From Spirogloea muscicola (taxonomy: Eukaryota): a stretch of DNA of 33,103 nucleotides. Every line of letters begins with the position of its first letter. Position 1 is the stretch's first letter. Location of the stretch: the NCBI GenBank assembly GCA_009602725.1, contig WELB01000012.1, positions 134,775-167,877 of the forward strand. The letters run 5' to 3'. The notes under the pieces were generated by a model, which did not search any database, was not told the DNA's origin, and saw nothing but the letters and a program-made list of their open reading frames with translations. The translations under genes were made by a program, and so were the position numbers. This document shows, one piece after another, positions 9,467 to 19,083 of this stretch.

Positions 9467-11582
9467 ATGGCGCTCTCTCAGAAGGAGGCGGACATCCAGA
9501 TGATGCTGGCGGCAGGCAGCCATCTGGGCACCAAGAACTGCGACTTCCAGATGGAGCGCTACGTGTGGCGCCGCCGCAGCGACGGTAAATTTGTTGCCGC
9601 TTAGAATCCACCTTCCGATGTCCATCGAGCTCTGCTAGTCGCCATCCGCATTCAGGCCACCTTGTCACCTGCGTTGTCATGAGGTTTGGTAGTGAGCAGG
9701 CTTTCCCAGTTTGTCCAGCGACGAGAGCACGACGTCCGCGTCGCCGTCGAAGCAGGCGCCCTCATGGCTCAAGCAAAGCCTGCGTGAATAAGCACAATCG
9801 CCGAGCAAAGCAAGAGACCGCGCACCAGGGCGCGGAAGCTCTCTCCAGGCAGCCTCTGCTGATGTGCAGCTGACAGCCGGGCTAGGCTGCTCGGCTGTAC
9901 GTGAGTGGTCAGGGGGAGCGACGTCAGGCAGCTCATGGTCCGTTCTACTCTCGCAGGCATCTACATCATCAATCTCAGCAAGACTTGGGACAAGTTGCAG
10001 CTGGCTGCCCGCGTCATTGTTGCCATTGAGAACCCTCAAGACATCTGCGTGCAGTCGGCTAGGCCCTACGGTCAGCGTGCGGTCCTCAAGTTCTCCCAGT
10101 ATACAGGCGCCCAGGCTATTGCTGGCAGGCACACGCCGGGGACATTTACTAATCAGCTCCAGACAAATTTCAGCGAGCCAAGGCTTCTACTCCTCACAGA
10201 CCCCCGCACTGATCATCAGGTAAGCGGGAGCACAGTTTTTCTCTTTGTCCAGCTTGCTATCTCTTTGATGTCGACCTGACTTGCGCCAACTGATAAAGGC
10301 ATGGAGGGGTATGCAGCTGTAGTACATTGTGGGATTACTGTTGTTTTTTGAGATGCTGCCAGAATGTCCTGCAGGGCACGTAGTCCATGTCTGTGAGAAA
10401 GTCTGTGGCCTATCATTAGCGGCCTCCCTCACTTGTCTTCTTGCCTCGTCACCTTAATAAGTGCATATGACTTCTGTGAGTTAAGCTACATCCAAGCTTT
10501 CTTTGAACCACTGATTCTGACGAGCCTCGGTTTTCGTGACTAAGAATCTTGCCAGTAAGCCAATGTAGGATGCATAAAGGTACACTCTGTCCATGGGTGC
10601 AGCCGGCGGCCGAGGCAGCGCTTGGAAACATCCCGACAATTGCATTCAGCGACACCGACTCGCCATTGAAGCATGTCGACATTGCCATTCCCGCCAACAA
10701 CAAGGGCAAGCACAGCATTGGCTGCTTGTATTGGCTGCTGGCTCGTATGGTCCTGCAGATGAGGGGTACTGTGACTGCTGCGCAACCGTGGGATGTCATG
10801 GTAAGTGGGGCTCATAAGCATTGAGGTCATTAAGTGGGTATCAGAGAGCGCTAGTATGGTACTCTAGAATGGTGATTGGTCTATGTTGTGAATGGACACT
10901 TTCAGTGTTAGCAATTTTCATCATAGAGAAAGTGTTTGAAAGCTGATTCGTGAGCGAATCTGCACTTGGGGGCATGCAGGTGGATCTTTTCTTCTACAGA
11001 GAGCCTGAAGAGACCAAGGATCGTGAAGAGGAAGGGGAGGCCGGTGCTGCACCAGACCAAACATTTGGTGGAGTTGCACCGCTTGATTATAGTGCCCCTG
11101 CCACTGGTGTGGCCCCGCTTGCTGATCCTCAATGGGATGCAGCAGCTCCTCCCGCAGAATGGGCTGCCTCGAATGCCCCTCCTCCGGCCGCGCAAGCAGG
11201 GTCCGACTGGACTGCTGCAGGTGCTATAGCATTTTCGTCAGTTGAGCAGTCTGCATGTGTGGCTTGCAGTCTGCATGTGTGGCTGCGAGCTATCAATGAC
11301 AATAGATGGCTGCATTGTATGTATGTTGGGTGCTAAACCAACCCAGCCCTCCTGCATGTGCTCAATATGGACGCTCTCTTCTGCGCAAAAGTTACCCACC
11401 TCATGACCACCTTCTTGTCTTGATTGTCTGTTGCAGCTGCTGCACCTCCTAGTGGGAATTGGGAAGCCACTGCACCTCCCCCTGCTGCGGGCGGTTTCCC
11501 TCCAGCTGCTGCTAGTAACTGGGACCAGGCTCCAGCAGCACCGCCCCCGGCATCTGACTGGGGGGAGCCTGGCGCCCAGTGA
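9467..11582 (+). CDS. RPSA: 40S ribosomal protein SA (uS2/p40), 5 exons: 9467-9584, 9957-10219, 10603-10800, 10980-11220, 11437-11582
   Basis: [46 protein letters not shown]...[12 protein letters not shown]...DPRTDHQ...[13 protein letters not shown]...[15 protein letters not shown], followed by a Trp/Ala/Pro tail. Kozak context gccaccATGG; consistent intron phases. Confidence 0.97.
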
Positions 11583-11934
11583 GGCTGGCATACGGGTGCA
11601 TGTCGGGTGGGCATGTGTGGAGGGTGTGTCAGCACCTGGGGATTCTGCGATGGAGCAGTGCTTTCGTTTTCTGCTCATTTCTTAGTGCAAGGCCTGTCTA
11701 TCAGTCCCTGGGAAGACAGCAGGTAGGTCTGTCACAGACATTCAAGTACACCTTGAGAGGGTCGTGGACTCCGGCAAATGAAGAAAGTCACTCGTCTTGC
11801 CCCAGGTCTTCCTTGTCGAGGGTGCCCGCCGACCCTGTCAGCGTCCTTCACACTCACTTTGGGAGGTATCTGACCCAATTGAGCCCAACGAGGTAAGTTG
11901 CACAACCGATCGCCTTCGCCGCAGCTGTGACGGT

Positions 11935-12215
11935 GGCCGCCAAGTGGAGAAAGGAAAAGTGGCGCTCCCAATGGGAACCAAGGGTAAGGAGAAAAAGGGG
12001 AAGAAAAGGCTCGCCTATTGAGGATAGGGGCTGGAAAAGCCAGCCCAAAAAAGAAGGAACAAAGTACGAGAAGGGGGCCAGGGGAAGCGCTAAGAAAAAC
12101 AAGCACAACAAGAAACAAAGTAGCTACGTATTACTCAGTAACCCCTGCCAAGCAGCCTCAGGTCAGAGAAGCTAGGCTACTGGAAGTGGGTCCCCTGGCC
12201 AGTGCCAAGAAGGCC
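11935..12215 (-). mobile_element. Uninterrupted CRE-like 3' fragment (subfamily 2)
   Basis: Minus strand GQGTHFQ*PSFSDLRLLGRGY* (stop 12135-12137), then a 3'UTR closely matching 1686-1806, including the hairpin gggctggcttttccagccc. Confidence 0.8.
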
Positions 12216-12413
12216 TCCCAACCGAGGGTCGACTTGTGCGCCTTTGCGTCGGTTGGGAGCGCCGGAGGATGGTGGATTTGTGGCTCACATCGACGGCCGC
12301 GCAGATCCGGCAACAGGGCCCCCATCTTGGCGCGCCGCGGCCCACGGATGGTGGGTGCCCGCGGGCCGCCCGGGCCGGTGCGGGCGGCGGGCGTCGCACG
12401 CGCCGGCGAGGCG

Positions 12414-12672
12414 NNNNNNNNNNNNNNNNNNNNNNNNNNNNNNNNNNNNNNNNNNNNNNNNNNNNNNNNNNNNNNNNNNNNNNNNNNNNNNNNNNNNNNN
12501 NNNNNNNNNNNNNNNNNNNNNNNNNNNNNNNNNNNNNNNNNNNNNNNNNNNNNNNNNNNNNNNNNNNNNNNNNNNNNNNNNNNNNNNNNNNNNNNNNNNN
12601 NNNNNNNNNNNNNNNNNNNNNNNNNNNNNNNNNNNNNNNNNNNNNNNNNNNNNNNNNNNNNNNNNNNNNNNN
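12414..12672. other. Assembly gap (N run) in a GC-rich gene 5' region
   Basis: Run of N between very GC-rich flanks. Confidence 0.99.
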
Positions 12673-15589
12673 GCGCCACCACCCGCCTCTGCCGCCCTCC
12701 TGAGCCCCGTCTGCGCCGTGTCCCCGCCCGCGCCGCCGCCGGCCGCGTCGTCGCCCGCCGGCGGCCACCATGGCGCCACACCGCCGCCGCCGTCGCCCGG
12801 CCAGTCCGGTGCCGCGTCGCCGCTGCCGGCGGAGCAGGGCCTGCCCCCCGGCATCCAGAAGGGCGTGGTCTATCCTGAACCGCTCGCCTCTCACGAGGCC
12901 GTGGTGGCCTCCAAGGAGCTCTTCATGGACACGTTGGCTAGATGTCACCAGCAGCTTGGAACCACGCTCAAGTAAGCGAGAGCGACCTGCACGGCCTGTA
13001 CTCATAGTGCCGCCGACTCATCTCCTTGCTGTGCAAAGGTTGTCAGCATGGCCAGCATTTCGTAGTTGTCTGCTGTTACTGGCAACATAGGCATACAAGG
13101 AGCTCCACTCTGTCAACAAGGTGCAGGACAGCTTCTGCTTGTCTTTCTGCATGTCTTTCCTGACCTTTCGGCACCTCATGCGATGCTTTATCAAGCTTTT
13201 CCTCTGGCATTGACCTGCTGTGAATGGTTGGGCAGATCCCCTCAGATGGGTGGCAAGGAGCTCGATCTTCACAAACTGTACAAGGAGGTGACAAGCAGGG
13301 GGGGGCTAGCTCAGGTGTGAGTCTCAGGAAGCCTTGTGGTCGAGGACCCACCCTCTTTGGGTTTCGCTGGTTCACTGCCTTTCCCTTCCTATTGAGCCAT
13401 GGCATGAGCCATGGCAGGAGCTGTGGTGCATAGATGCGTCTTAAGTACGAGCTCCGTGTCAGCATTGCAAGCATCGCCAGTCCCTTTGTTCATCTGGTGC
13501 TTGAGCAAGACGAACTGCAATTGAGTATCCCTCCACCTTACCTCACCAACTGGTTGGTGGTCTATCACAATTGACAAGACAATGGCCAAGATCACGTTCT
13601 TTTCTGTCTCCTCTGACAGGTCATAAAGGACAGGTTATGGAAAGATGTAACATTACCCTTCCATTTTCCCCCCACTCTCACAAGTGCATCCTTTGTACTG
13701 CGAAAGTACTACATGAGCCTTATCCATCACTATGAGCAGGTCTACTTCTTCCACACCAGAGGCACGCCTATACATGCTCCAGGTCAGTATCTCATATGAA
13801 CAGCCACAGACACATCTTCGTTTTCAACAAGGCCATGGAGCAGCTCATTGATACATACACAGTGCTTGGCAGGATGTCATCCTCTCTCTTGCATGTCCAT
13901 TCAAGTTCCAAGTGCAGACCTTTTATTCTCAGTGTATTCTCCTTGCAGTGCCTCCACCTACTCAAAGCCCGGGAATGTCTCAGCGGTCTCCGCTGGGTGC
14001 CTCGCCTGAGTTGACAGCCAAAGGGCTCCCCAGGCAGAGAAGGCGAAGATCAGATGCAAGGATACTTGGTGAGTAGGGTCCAAGTCTGCTTCTCCTGCAG
14101 CCACAGACGAGAGCTCATGCTCTACCTAGCAAGGATGCGCTGATGCTTGCCATGGAGTTTTACAATAGTTTTGCCTGTGTGAAATAGCACTGTTCCTCTT
14201 CTTATCTTATCTCGGAAATTGCCTCCTCATGTGCAGCAGACCCTGCTGAAGACATTGGCCAAGTAGTTGCTGGCGTCATTGAGTCCAAGTGCGACCATGG
14301 TTATTTTGTGATGGTCACAGTGGGGGGCGATAGGCTGAAGGGCATTCTCTACAATGCACCAGCCAAAAGCAAAGTCAAACGTCTGCTGCCTTTAAGCTTC
14401 TTACCAATACCTGGGATCAACCCCGCTACTGCCTTGGCTGGTAAGCAGCGTCGCAAGAGGCGTCGAAAGGCAGACATGCCTCCAAAAGATGTACCTGCTC
14501 CACGACCCAACAAGACCGGCTATAACTACTTCTTCCAACTGAAGAGAGGAGAGCTGAAGGAAATCAACCCAGGCAGATCTGACAAGGAGATTGGTCGCTT
14601 GATTGGCGATGCTTGGATGGCACTATCTGAAGGAGATAAGGAGGTAATATTCAGCTGCCACTATGGCAATAGATTCTTTCTCGTCTACTTTGGCATCCCC
14701 CAAGATCGTGACCTCCAGACAGTCAAATCAATATGTACAAGGCTTACATGTTGGAAGTAGCTGTCTTCATGGCTCAAGATGTCCGACACAGCAATACATG
14801 CAATGCTTCAACATGTGAGCCTTTATTGCGGTCGTGTGCAGCCATTCCAAGAACAGGGACGCCTTGACAAGGAGAGATATGACAAAGAGTACGCCGAGTA
14901 TCTGCACAAGCTGTCCAGTCTTGGACAGACGGGCAGTGATACGTACCAGCAAGCCATAGGGCCTGTCTCAGATTCAAGAGCAACTCCTGGTGTAGCTGTG
15001 GAGAAGCTTGAGACTGCTATTACCCCCACTTTGACTGAGGAAGTGCTGCGTGCATCCAAGGGAGACGCTACTGCCTCTGGTAATCAGGTACTATCAGTCA
15101 TCGTCACTCCTTGCAGACGCATGCATGATACTATGCACATCCCAATGTGGCGTTGACACTCTGATGTACCAGCATATCTCTGATTGATTTCTTGCTAGAT
15201 CTTGCAGAATGCTGTCTTTGAAGAGCAAGGTGGTGACCTGATCATGGCTCGATCAGTCGACACAGATAGTGGTGAGCGAATCTGTCTTGCGTCTACTTTG
15301 ACGCTATTGGTTTCCTGATGTTGTATTTGTGTATCAGCCAAGTAAAACCCCTGGTGGGCCGTCGTGTCAATGCTCACGTCAACAGTTCGTACTTGCACAT
15401 ACCCAAATTTGTCTAATGTACAATAAGAAGAGGATGGCATTGGATGATGTTGCAGTGCACCTTACCGGATGGTGCTCATCGCTTGTGAAGGCCTCTTCTG
15501 ATTGCTGAGTCACTCATTTTTGTGCAGACATAGGTGCAGGGGCTCCTGAATTCCCTGTGGCTGGGATATACGACTCTTCTTTTGCCTGA
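12673..15589 (+). CDS. ARID-HMG DNA-binding protein (HMGB9/10/11/15 family); start hidden in or before the N gap; exons ..-12971, 13236-13314, 13620-13782, 13949-14068, 14237-14643, 14842-15087, tentative 15199-15271 and 15528-15589
   Basis: ARID domain: YPEPLASHEAVV...LFMDTL, MGGKELDLHKLYKEVTSRGGL, WKDVTLPFHFPPTLTSASFVLRKYY. HMG box: PRPNKTGYNYFF...IGRLIGDAWMALSEGDKEPFQEQGRLDKERYDKEYAEY. The last two exons are low-confidence. Confidence 0.9.
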
Positions 15590-16064
15590 ATAGTTTTCCC
15601 TTGTTCATCTATAGATAGGTGGCTGTTATAGTCACAAGGGAAGAGTTTATAGTAAGGAAGATCTAAGAAGTCAGTCCTGGAAACCCTGAGGGCTCGGCTT
15701 TCGTCTTGCCGAAAGCGCCTGCACAGCGCTTCCACCTGACAACCTCCCTCAAAGAAAGCCCTCTTAATCTCCAAACTTCACCTCTTTGCCCTTATGTCGT
15801 CCCACATCGGGCCCCTCTCCATCACGCTTTCTTATGCAGCTGTTGTCGCCCATCCTGCAGCAATTTTTTCCCTGTGTTAATATACTGCACGTAGTGGCGA
15901 GCAGCTGACACTCTCCGTTGCAGCTCTCCTCTCGAGCTTGCTCTCCTTCTTTTGTCTGCTTCAGTGACGGATTTCTCTGTGGATCTGTGGATTTGTGTTG
16001 TTGTCAAGCCATAAAGAAATAAATCATCATACCTTTGTCTGGGCACTGTTTGCAGCAGGCTGGT

Positions 16065-16108
16065 AATTTCCTTCTCAGGTGTGCAATTTCCTTCTCAGGT
16101 GAGCAATT
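16065..16108. repeat. 20-bp tandem repeat
   Basis: aatttccttctcaggtgtgc followed by aatttccttctcaggtgagc, then aatt. Confidence 0.85.
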
Positions 16109-17300
16109 ACTGTAACAGGTTGTATCATGGCAGCTAAATAGAGGAGGCAAGCAGTGGTGTATCTCAGCAAGTCAGGAGACTGAATATAGCTGGAGCATTT
16201 GATAGAGGTTGATGGAGGAAGTTTGTAGTTGCAGAAGAGTGCGGCTTATCATGTAGCTTCCCTGACAGGGGACCTGATCCTCCGGAGTTCTGTCATGCGC
16301 AAGGGCGTCGATGCGAGATGGCGTCGATAAGTCTAGATGAAGATAAATGCTGAGTACTAGCCTACGAGATACACAATCTAATCGAAGATATTGGTTGCTC
16401 TGACCAGCTGACATAAAGGACAGTCTGATAAGAGGTCAACAATAACAATTGTTGTCAGTTGTCTAAGATCATAACACATAAACAAGTCGAAATGATTGAA
16501 ATTTGACTATTAGCAAGCGTGTGTCTAGTGCATGGTAACCGGTTTTCGGTATCAGGAGTATCGTAGTGTCACTGTCTAGTTAAACCTGGCACTACACGTG
16601 CAAGACCCCCAATGGGCGGCCGCTATATGAAGTGTCCGATTGTTCTCGGGACAAGCCCGCACCTTTTCTGTGTTACGTGAGTTTTGCAAGCAATGCAGCC
16701 AAAGGATGCATGCAAGCAATTGATTTCGAAACGTGCACTCATTAATGAGCACAACACTCCAGGCGTCAAGAATTGCAAGAACAGTCCAACGTTAAGACTG
16801 CTCACCGCACAGATAGAACGACTTCTCGCAGTCGCAGCGGGTCCGCGCAAGGCTCGCTATGCGCGCACGCCGTGTTCGCCGGGCTCTACGCTCTCGCGGA
16901 CGCAGGCGCGAGTGAACGCCTACCCGCGCAGGCGCGGGTAGGCGCAGGCGTGGCAGGAGGGTGAAAATTGCCAAGCGGATTGCCTGGCAGAGGTCGCGCG
17001 CCCCGACATGGGCTGGCCGCGGTGAAACCCTAGCGCTACCTTATAGGCCAGGTGCGGCCGCTGGTTGGCTAATCTGGAGGGCCGGCCTTCGTGGAATTTC
17101 CCGACCTGGAGCCGACTTGACAGTAGATGGTGGATTCCAGTCGTCTGCTCCATGATCCCCCCGACACCGCTTCGATAGCGCCCACCTTGACGGTGTTGTT
17201 GGTGGTTGAGGTGCTTGCAGATGGGCTTCCCTCGTTGCGCCTTGCACGGTCTTCGGCCGGATGGCGTCGTGCGTGGGGCCTGGGGCGTTGTAGTCGCTCC

Positions 17301-17387
17301 GTTGTTGTTGTCGTCCGCATTTGATGAGCGGTTGATGTTGTTGTTGTCGTTCGCCTTGGATGAGCGGTCGATGTTGTTGTTGTCGTC
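17301..17387. repeat. 36-bp minisatellite (2.4 units), followed by an AG-rich tract to ~17455
   Basis: gttgttgttgtcgtccgcatttgatgagcggttgat / gttgttgttgtcgttcgccttggatgagcggtcgat / gttgttgttgtcgtc. Confidence 0.9.
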
Positions 17388-17450
17388 GAGAGAGAGAGAG
17401 GGTAAAGAGAAAGCGAAAGAGAAAGAGAGGAAGGAAAGAGAGAGAGTGGG

Positions 17451-17588
17451 AGAGAAGTGGTCCTCCATCCTTAGCGTGAATCACACACAGAAGTGTATGA
17501 CCCAGCCTAGGAAGCCACGGAGAGAGAAAAGTGGTCTTCCATCCTTAGCATGAATCACACACAGAAGTGGATGAGTCAGCCTAGGAGG
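17451..17588. repeat. ~65-bp direct repeat, period ~74
   Basis: aagtggtc(c/t)tccatccttagc(g/a)tgaatcacacacagaagtg(t/g)atga..cagcctagga occurs twice. Confidence 0.9.
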
Positions 17589-18049
17589 TGGAGTGATGTC
17601 AATTTCCTTACAGTGCATGACCTATGCTGAGCTAGTTATTTGTATGTAGCCGCCGTGTATGCATCTAGATTCGTTACATTGAATAACAGTAATCTAACAA
17701 AGGGTTTACAGGCTCAGCTAGTATTGCACGCTGTGTTCCATGGGAGCAGGTGCGCAGCTAAGTTAGCGGCAGAAGAGTGCCACCAGGACTACACGCCTAG
17801 AGGTCCAGCTTGCCTTTGATGGGGCATAGGCAGTCACGTTGGCACTGCTGATCAGAGGCATGGACGCTGACGGATGACATATCATAGGCTTGAGGTCAAG
17901 GTGATTGAAGCTGCTACTGAGGGCGGCTGTGAAAGCAAGCTGAGCTATATACAGAGGATGATGTTGAAATGACTTGTTGCTTAGCTGCAGGCTGGGCAGC
18001 TCAGGACCCTATGAAATACTCCAATGGGGAGTCAGATGAGTTGATAGGA

Positions 18050-18620
18050 GAGGAAGAAAAGGCATGCAGTGCGCACAGTATAACGGGTGGCCTACATATA
18101 TCAGTGCCGCTTTGGAAGGAAGAGAGAGGGCTCTTCTACAATGGGGAGTGGCTGTCAAAGACCAGCCCCAAAAAACTGTACAAGTTGAGGGAAGGCACTG
18201 CGGCTTTATAAGGCCATCCCGTGAGCGTCTGGCTCGTGGGGATGAGCTCTTCCAAACGGATAGGGTGGCTGTAAAAGGCCAGCCTGACAAAGAGTGGACA
18301 CGGTCAAGGGGGGAGCCAAGCCGGCAAGAGAGAAGGCGCATGGTGCGCATCAGAGCGAAGGGAGGCCAAGCCGAGTCAGTGTATACTGTTGTGGCAGAAA
18401 GTAGTGCTACACGAAGCAAAGCCTAGGCAAAGAGGCAACAGGGTAACAGAGAGAAAGCACAGCTGAAGGCGGTTGCAAGTATTCACGAGTGAGCACATGC
18501 AGATCAGGCGGGCTAATCTGGGGAGCCGGAGCAGGGCCACAGAAGCCTGTGGCCTTGTGCGCGCGCCCAGGCGAACGGCCAAAGCCTGGGAGCGCGGCAA
18601 CGGCCGAGGGCAGCTTAGCT
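18050..18620 (-). mobile_element. CRE-like 3' fragment upstream of the sucrose transporter
   Basis: Minus strand RSQALAV...GRAHKATGFCGPAPAPQISPPDLHVLTREY (ends ~18479), then motif B (~18325-18392) and two motif-A hairpins (~18266-18283, ~18150-18167). Confidence 0.72.
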
Positions 18621-19083
18621 GGCTGTCGGGTTGCGGGGCCGCCACTCTGGGGCTGCTGATTAATAAAGCAGCCGCTACAACAGCCAGCTAGGTGCATATA
18701 GCAGCAACGAGGGTAGGTTGCCTGGTGGCCGTCGTTAGCCCTTTTAGTTTTGCCCTCCCTTCCATATCAGCAGCCGCATAAACTCAGTTACCGTCCATTT
18801 CTGTGATTTTTACATTTCATGCGCCCCGCGCGCCTAGGCTCGCACGGGCTGGCCGTGGCCGGCACTCTCGAGCTCCGGCAGCGGCCGCTTCCGGGCCCCG
18901 CCATGCCGCCTGGCCGACCCGCAGCCGCGGCGGCCGCCNCAGCCGCCGCCGTCTTCGGCGCAGCCTCGGCGCCGCCGCTGCCGCGTCTCGTCGCCTGCAG
19001 GCAGGCGCGGCAGTGGCCGCCCTGGCCGGAGGGCTGCCGATGACCTGCACGGCACCTCTGCGACCTGGCGGAGTCGGGCGAGC

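Noticed and set aside
9585..11436. Intronic snoRNAs in RPSA
   Set aside because: No convincing C box (RTGATGA) and D box pair with a terminal stem, and no H/ACA layout visible by eye. An Infernal scan would be needed to exclude them fully.
11080..11582. Trp-containing repeats in the RPSA C-terminal tail
   Set aside because: A known feature of eukaryotic uS2 tails.
17301..17588. Direct repeats as a possible CRISPR array
   Set aside because: Eukaryotic context, only 2-3 adjacent units, no unique spacers and no cas genes.
17590..17935. TGATG...CTGA pairs suggesting C/D snoRNAs
   Set aside because: Imperfect C boxes, spacing too short, and no recognisable rRNA guide sequence.
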